Shown here: positions 58,356 through 64,000 of the stretch, piece after piece
How positions within the stretch are numbered: the first letter of the stretch is position 1
Layout: the number at the start of each line of letters is the position of its first letter
Source of the DNA: Treponema sp.
GTDB lineage: Bacteria > Spirochaetota > Spirochaetia > Treponematales > Treponemataceae
Assembly: GCA_045627625.1 (NCBI GenBank)
Contig: JAZQOB010000124.1
Coordinates: 1,505 to 65,504 of the forward strand
Direction of reading: 5' to 3'
DNA length: 64,000 bases
Position numbers and translations under genes: made by a program
Notes under the pieces: generated by a model
Seen by the model: the letters and a program-made list of their open reading frames with translations, nothing else
The model's database searches: none
Told to the model about the DNA's origin: nothing

Positions 58356-60515
58356 ATGAAAAAAAATTATGTTATCTGGTTTAGATCTGTTGTTGTTGCG
58401 TTAGTTAGTTTTATTCTTGTAACAGTTTTATATTTTGGAAAAGTTTTCAATATATTTGAGAATAAAACTTATGATCAGCGTATGATTGAAACCTCTAAAT
58501 ATATCCATCCAAATAGTGATATTTCTCTTATAAGTGTCGATCAGGCAAGTATTGATTGGGCAAAGGAAGAATATGGTTGGGGGTGGCCTTGGCCTAGAGA
58601 GGCTTATGGACGAATGATTGAATTTGTTTCAGCGGGAAATGCAAAATCCATAGCTTTCGATATTATATATTCTGACCCATCAATTTATGGTGAAGAAGAC
58701 GATATAACATTAGGTAGATATGAAAAAGACAGTGGAATTGTAATTCAAACAGTTTATGTTTATGAAGAAGAGGATAAAGAGAATTTAGTATTATATCCTG
58801 TTGATCATATTAAGAATAATGCTGCAATGCTTGGAAATATTACTAGTGCTATGGATGATGATGATATTATTCGCCGTGGACGCCTTTATTATGATATCGA
58901 TGGGGACAGATACCCAACATTAGGAACTGCACCTTTATATTTAAATGAGGAAACTGAATATCTTGAAAATCTTCCTGTTTTGAAGGATGGAACTGTTCTT
59001 TTAAGATATCAGCAAAATTTGAATAAATATAATCCGTATAGAGCATGTGATATTCTTAGTTCTTATGATATCTGGAAATCAAATGATACATCCGTTGAAC
59101 CTGTATTTGTTCCAGAAGATTTTGAAGATGGTTATGTTTATGTGGCTTATTATGCTGCAGGACTTTTTGATATCTGTTCAACACCTGTAAGTCAGGTTTT
59201 CCCTGGTGTTGGAGTTCATATTACTACTTTGGATAACTGTCTGTCTGGAAATTTTATTCGAAAAGTTCCTGAAATTATAATTTGCTTGTGGAATATAATT
59301 GTTGCGATTGTCGGAGCATTGGTAGTTGCATTTGCTTCAACCCGTAGAAATCAAAAGCAGACTGTATTATTCCTTTCACTTGGTATATTCATTGGTGGAG
59401 GAATTATTATCGGGCTTCCTTGGCTGTTATTTATTGCAGGGATTTGGTTCAAACTTGTTGCCCCTGCATTTAGTTTCATTCTTTCGTTTATTATTACGCT
59501 TGGAATGACCCTTACAATTGAAGGAAAGCAGAAACGATTCATAAAATCAGCATTTAGTCAGTGTCTTGCTGCTGAAGTTGTAAATAGAATTATTGATGAT
59601 CCGGATTCATTTAAGCTTGGTGGTGAGTATTACAATATGACTGCCATTTTTACTGATATTGAAAAATTTTCAACATTGAGTTCGTTATTAACTCCTCAGC
59701 AACTTGGAAAATTAATCAATGTATATTTGACAAAAATGTCAGATATCATCATGGAAGAGGGTGGCTTAATTGATAAATATGAGGGAGATGCCATTATTGC
59801 AATGGTAGGAGCTCCTGTTTCTTGGGAGGATCATGCGGCTCGAGCTTGTATTGCTGCAATCCGAATTAAAGAAGAAGAGAAAGTTTTAAATGAATCAATT
59901 GCTGAGATCGCAAAAAATCCAAAAGCCTCTGATATGGATCAGGACTTATATGATGCCTATAAGATTCTTAAGGATAATAATAAGCGTATTTATACTCGTA
60001 TAGGTATTAATTCTGGCGAAATGATTGCGGGTTATTTTGGAGCTACATTAAAAAAGAATTATACAATGATGGGGGATAATGTAAATCTTGCTTCTCGTTT
60101 GGAAGGTGTAAATAAGCAGTATCATACATATGGAATTTTGATAAGTGAATCGACTAAGGAAGGAGCTGGGGACAGAGTAATAGTGAGAAAACTGAATAAA
60201 GTCCGAGTTATCAATGTTCCAGAACCAGTTAGATTGTATGAGTTGATGGGTTCAAGGGACAGAGGAGATGAGGCTTTAGTTGATTATGTTGCAGACTGGG
60301 ATTGTGCAATGGAAGCTTTTGAATCAAAAGATTATGAAACTTGTTTGAAACAGATGAAATTATTGAAAAATCGTCGTGCTGATGATTCTGTTGCTGATTA
60401 TTTTATTTATTTATTGGAAAACTATTTTATATTGGGAAAATTTCCAACTGAAACAGACTTGGAAGGTGTTGTTTTTGAGCCAGAGAATTGTGTTTTTGTA
60501 TTGCAGCAGAAATAA
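58356..60515 (+). CDS. CHASE2-domain class III adenylate cyclase
   Basis: CHASE2 (WPWPR, FDIIY, DDIIRR, PGVGVH), TM helices, FTDIEKF, DKYEGDA and NYTMMGDNVNLASRLEG. Confidence 0.93.
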   Translation: MKKNYVIWFRSVVVALVSFILVTVLYFGKVFNIFENKTYDQRMIETSKYIHPNSDISLISVDQASIDWAKEEYGWGWPWPREAYGRMIEFVSAGNAKSIAFDIIYSDPSIYGEEDDITLGRYEKDSGIVIQTVYVYEEEDKENLVLYPVDHIKNNAAMLGNITSAMDDDDIIRRGRLYYDIDGDRYPTLGTAPLYLNEETEYLENLPVLKDGTVLLRYQQNLNKYNPYRACDILSSYDIWKSNDTSVEPVFVPEDFEDGYVYVAYYAAGLFDICSTPVSQVFPGVGVHITTLDNCLSGNFIRKVPEIIICLWNIIVAIVGALVVAFASTRRNQKQTVLFLSLGIFIGGGIIIGLPWLLFIAGIWFKLVAPAFSFILSFIITLGMTLTIEGKQKRFIKSAFSQCLAAEVVNRIIDDPDSFKLGGEYYNMTAIFTDIEKFSTLSSLLTPQQLGKLINVYLTKMSDIIMEEGGLIDKYEGDAIIAMVGAPVSWEDHAARACIAAIRIKEEEKVLNESIAEIAKNPKASDMDQDLYDAYKILKDNNKRIYTRIGINSGEMIAGYFGATLKKNYTMMGDNVNLASRLEGVNKQYHTYGILISESTKEGAGDRVIVRKLNKVRVINVPEPVRLYELMGSRDRGDEALVDYVADWDCAMEAFESKDYETCLKQMKLLKNRRADDSVADYFIYLLENYFILGKFPTETDLEGVVFEPENCVFVLQQK

Positions 60516-60566
60516 CAATTACTAAATATTGACTGAGAATTTAATAACTTGCCAGTTTTTGAGTTT

Positions 60567-61328
60567 TTATGTACAACTCGGATTTGAAAGAAGATAAGAT
60601 TTGACCATTCTTTTTGGCAGGTGCGTTATCCTTGATATTGAATTAATAGAAAATCCATGCTGTCGAATCAATAAAATTTTGGATTTTATAATTTCAGGTG
60701 GTAATTCTTGATTTATAATTGGACTTTTACTATTCAGAATTTCGCAAATTAATTTTGTTTGATTTTCATTTTTTTCAGATGGGCGTAAGGATGGCTCCAT
60801 CCAGGTATCTGTATCATTCTCGTATAAAAACTTGAATAAGTTATTTAAATTTCCAAGTATGTTTATAATTGGTTTTGTATTTACGAAAGAGTGGTTTTTC
60901 TTGATTTCTTTATAATTGCTCCATTTGTACTCATCAAAATTTGAAATACCTGCTTTTTGTGGATTTTTAATTATATATTTAAAAACAGATATGAATGCTT
61001 CGTCGTCTTCAATGGTTTCACTTAGAAAACGCCCTTGAAAAAGATGACCAATTCTATCGTATTTTTTGTTAAAGTATTTTGCATATAGAGAAGAAACAAT
61101 CTGCATAAAAGATGAAATTGTTTTTCCTGGAGCATCAAGTAATAAGTGTATATGATTGCTCATTAGTACATATCCGATTATATCAATTTCATATTTATTT
61201 TTGTATTTTTTCAGTAAATATAAATATTTTTGAAAATCTCCAGAATCATAAAAAATTATTTGCTTATCATTCCCACGATTTATGGCATGATATAATCCTG
61301 TTTGAGAATATTTTCTACATTTTCGCAT
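60567..61328 (-). mobile_element. RAYT-like / IS200-like HUH Y1 transposase with C-terminal HTH
   Basis: YHAINRGN, MSNHIHL (HUH), GHLFQGRF, KYIIKNP (catalytic Tyr) and YKWS. Confidence 0.88.
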
Positions 61329-61477
61329 TTTCTATCTCCTTAAAAATGGTCTATATAAATAATGTTCAATACTTATCAAAAACCGGAAGTTTTTTTGAAG
61401 AAAAATGAAAAATTTTCCTCTGTCCCCGTTGTTTTTCTTTATTGAGAAGAAAAATTATTTATGATATAACTCAAAGT

Positions 61478-61972
61478 ATGAAAGTTGCAATTTTTTTTGG
61501 ATCAAAGTCAGATAAGGATATAATGAAGAAGGCTGCCGATATTCTTTCAGAATTCGGTGTGGATTATAAAGCTTATATTATTTCGGCTCATAGAGCAGGT
61601 GCCTTGTTACATTCAACTGTAGAACAGATTGAAAAAGAAGGTTGTCAGGTTATTATTGCTGGGGCAGGTCTTGCTGCAGCTCTTCCTGGTGTAATTGCGG
61701 GAATTACAACAATACCTGTAATCGGAGTTCCATTAGAGTGTGTTTCTGATAAATCTAATGGTCTGGGTGGAATGGATGCTCTTCTTTCTATCGTTCAGAT
61801 GCCTCCACAGATTCCTGTTGCTACAGTTGGTATAAATAGTTCTAAAAATGCTGCTTATCTTGCATTGCAGATTTTAGCGTTGAATGATAGCGAATTAGCT
61901 GGAAAACTTAGAGAATTCCGTAATAAATTAGCAGAAGATGCAAAAGCTACTGGTTTAGATATAAAATTCTAA
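61478..61972 (+). CDS. purE: N5-CAIR mutase
   Basis: GSKSD, SAHR, AGLAAALPG and SIVQMP. Confidence 0.95.
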   Translation: MKVAIFFGSKSDKDIMKKAADILSEFGVDYKAYIISAHRAGALLHSTVEQIEKEGCQVIIAGAGLAAALPGVIAGITTIPVIGVPLECVSDKSNGLGGMDALLSIVQMPPQIPVATVGINSSKNAAYLALQILALNDSELAGKLREFRNKLAEDAKATGLDIKF

Positions 61973-61994
61973 GTTATTGATTTTATTGAATTGA

Positions 61995-62024
61995 AAGATC
62001 ACCCTTAAAGGTGATCTTTTTTTT
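61995..62024 (+). terminator. Terminator
   Basis: aaagatcacc/ggtgatcttt stem plus T run. Confidence 0.8.
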
Positions 62025-62030
62025 ATTATG

Positions 62031-62090
62031 AATCAATGGGGACAGAGGAAAATATTTTTTATCATAAAAATCAATGGGGACAGAGGAAAA
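62031..62090 (+). repeat. Direct repeat aatcaatggggacagaggaaaa x2
   Basis: Two identical 22-mers 38 bp apart. Confidence 0.85.
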
Positions 62091-62142
62091 ACCATATCCC
62101 CCTAGTTTTCAAATATCTGTTTTTTCTTTATAATGTTTTCGA

Positions 62143-62250
62143 GCGTTAGGGATAGAAAGGGCCGAAGGGCCACCGGAGCCTGAAAGGTGAGGAGGCTGAA
62201 GCGAAAGCGGAACCCTGGATAGCCCGCCGGTTTGGAATCAAACCGAACGC
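62143..62250 (+). ncRNA. Flavo-1-like structured RNA in the purM 5' leader
   Basis: gcgtt/aacgc closing stem, aggg..agccc, and cggttt/aaaccg hairpin; TATAAT at 62129-62134. Confidence 0.55.
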
Positions 62251-62278
62251 CAATATTATATTTTTCAGGAGTGTCCTC

Positions 62279-63373
62279 ATGGCATCTTACAAAGAATCTG
62301 GTGTAGACGTAGAAGAAGGTTATCGCGCAGTAGACAAATATAAGGAACATGCAAAGCGAACTGCAATTCCAGGTCTTTTAACTGGTTTAGGAAGTTTCAA
62401 TGGAATGTTTGAAGTTCCAAAGGGAATCAAAAATCCTGTTATTGTCAGTGGAACTGATGGTGTTGGAACAAAACTTGATATAGCATTCAAAATGAAGAAA
62501 TATGACACTGTAGGTATCGACTGTGTTGCTATGAGTGTAAATGATATTCTCTGTTCTGGTGTTCAGACTTTATTCTTCCTTGATTATGTAGCATGTGGAA
62601 AACTCGATGCAGATGTTGCTGCTGACCTTGTAAAGGGTGTTGCAGATGGTTGTGTTGATACAGGATGTGCTCTTCTTGGTGGTGAAACAGCTGAAATGCC
62701 TGATTTCTATGATGATGGAAAATATGATTTGGCAGGTTTTGGCGTTGGTGTTGGTGAAAAAGATGAAATGATTTCTGGAGAAAACATTAAAGAAGGAGAT
62801 GTTCTTATTGGTCTTTCTTCGACTGGTGTTCATTCAAATGGTTTCAGCCTTGTTCGTAAACTTGTTACTGATTTTAATGATCCATTTATTCTTGATGGAA
62901 AAGATACAGGTAAAACAATTGGTGAAGTTCTTCTTACTCCAACTCGTATTTATGTAAAACCTGTTATGGAAGTTCTTGGAAAATATAGAAAAGCTGTTCA
63001 TGGTATGGTTCATGTTACTGGTGGTGGTTTCTATGAAAATATTCCTAGAATGTATCCTAAAGCAAAAGATGGAAAAAAACAGTTGATTTCTGTTATTAAT
63101 CGCGGTAGTTGGGATATTCCTCCTGTATTTGGTGAATTAATCAAACGTGGTGCAGATTTGAACTCTATTTATAACACTTTCAATATGGGTATCGGTTTTG
63201 TTCTTGCTGTAAATGCAAAAGAAGCTGATGCTGTTCTTGAAATGTTCAATAAGAATGCTTCGAAATATTCAAAAGAAGGAATCCCTGATATGAAAGCATA
63301 TAAAATTGGTCATGTTGAATATGCTAAAGGTGAAGTTTCTTCTCAGAAAGAGGCAGTTCTCTTTGAAGACTAA
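62279..63373 (+). CDS. purM: Phosphoribosylformylglycinamidine cyclo-ligase
   Basis: GTDGVGTK, GGETAEMP, HSNGFSL and FNMGIG. Confidence 0.97.
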   Translation: MASYKESGVDVEEGYRAVDKYKEHAKRTAIPGLLTGLGSFNGMFEVPKGIKNPVIVSGTDGVGTKLDIAFKMKKYDTVGIDCVAMSVNDILCSGVQTLFFLDYVACGKLDADVAADLVKGVADGCVDTGCALLGGETAEMPDFYDDGKYDLAGFGVGVGEKDEMISGENIKEGDVLIGLSSTGVHSNGFSLVRKLVTDFNDPFILDGKDTGKTIGEVLLTPTRIYVKPVMEVLGKYRKAVHGMVHVTGGGFYENIPRMYPKAKDGKKQLISVINRGSWDIPPVFGELIKRGADLNSIYNTFNMGIGFVLAVNAKEADAVLEMFNKNASKYSKEGIPDMKAYKIGHVEYAKGEVSSQKEAVLFED

Positions 63374-63488
63374 TTGAAATAGATTTTATATTTTTAGTGA
63401 AGGGGAAGTGGGATATATCTTGCTTCTCCTTTATTTTTTTTGAACCAATGGGGACAGAGGAATCTTTATTAAAATTACGGGAGAATAT

Positions 63489-64000
63489 ATGAAACTTAAA
63501 ACTGCTGTATTAGTTAGCGGAGGAGGAACAAATCTTCAGGCTTTGATTGATTATCAACTCCAGAAAGGTGAAGATTGTCCTTACGAAATTGTTATTGTTA
63601 TTAGTGATCATAAAGATGCTTTTGCATTGGAACGGGCTGCTAAAGCGGGAATTCCTACTGCTATTACGAGTCCATATTCCGTAATGGGTAAAGAAAAAGC
63701 TCAGGCAGCTTCTAGAGAAGAAAAACGAATTGCTGTTTCTAATGCAGTCTTAAAATTATGTAAAGAAAATGATGTTCAGGCTATAGTTCAGGCTGGATGG
63801 CTTACTGTTTTGGCTGGAGATATTATTTCTGCTTATCCTGATAAGATTATCAATTTGCATCCTGCATTACTTCCAAAGTTTGGAGGTGTAGGAATGTGGG
63901 GACATCATGTTCACGAAGCTGTCATTGCTGCTGGTGAAAAAGAAAGTGGTTGTACAATTCATATTGTAAACGGCGAATGCGATGGTGGAAAAATTTTAAT
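63489..64000 (+). CDS. purN: Phosphoribosylglycinamide formyltransferase (3' truncated by window)
   Basis: MKLKTAVLVSGGGTNLQALI...INLHPALLPKFGG..SGCTIH. Confidence 0.95.
   Translation, partial: MKLKTAVLVSGGGTNLQALIDYQLQKGEDCPYEIVIVISDHKDAFALERAAKAGIPTAITSPYSVMGKEKAQAASREEKRIAVSNAVLKLCKENDVQAIVQAGWLTVLAGDIISAYPDKIINLHPALLPKFGGVGMWGHHVHEAVIAAGEKESGCTIHIVNGECDGGKIL

Noticed and set aside
60567-61328. Complete IS200/IS605 element
   Set aside because: No tnpB and no recognisable subterminal hairpin ends; treated as RAYT-like instead.
62143-62250. ZTP (pfl) or purine riboswitch
   Set aside because: The characteristic conserved sequences (GACUGGCG..GUGG..CCAC / GCCUGGGC, or the purine aptamer core) are not present, and there is no terminator platform.
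61417-63460. GGGGACAGAGG as a purine-regulon operator
   Set aside because: It is clustered around purE/M/N but also occurs near and inside many unrelated genes.

Overview
AT-rich (roughly 35% GC, judged by eye) bacterial chromosome segment, most consistent with a gut or rumen Treponema (spirochaete). This rests on spirochaete-type lipoboxes and signal peptides and on the gene repertoire; the taxonomy is an inference. Most of the window is housekeeping: tsaD, thrH, an RsuA-family synthase, Rrf2-mnmA, a two-component system, cysK, adh/aldh, citrate synthase, galE, aroA, mraY, ychF, era, glgX-glgP, an amino-acid ABC transporter and purE-purM-purN. I saw no rRNA, tRNA or CRISPR array. The most interesting signals are: (1) two unlinked polytopic membrane proteins with C-terminal LuxR-type HTH domains, each with a phased ACC-NN-GGT operator array, an extended -10 and an ORF-less terminated transcript on its 3' side (a candidate membrane sensor -> sRNA module); (2) a strongly over-represented 11-mer, GGGGACAGAGG, scattered in intergenic and coding DNA, together with a RAYT-like HUH/Y1 gene; (3) a family of small secreted Cys-rich proteins (F[S/T]GFGGGLPS...PIY), one heading an operon with a secreted YidD-fusion protein and two TPR/TM2-like proteins; (4) a duplicated SH3 + M48 peptidase pair feeding a CHASE2 adenylate cyclase; (5) Flavo-1-like structured RNAs, one forming the purM leader; (6) a PurH homologue with apparently degenerate catalytic motifs; and (7) ArgR-like and Rrf2 operator pairs.
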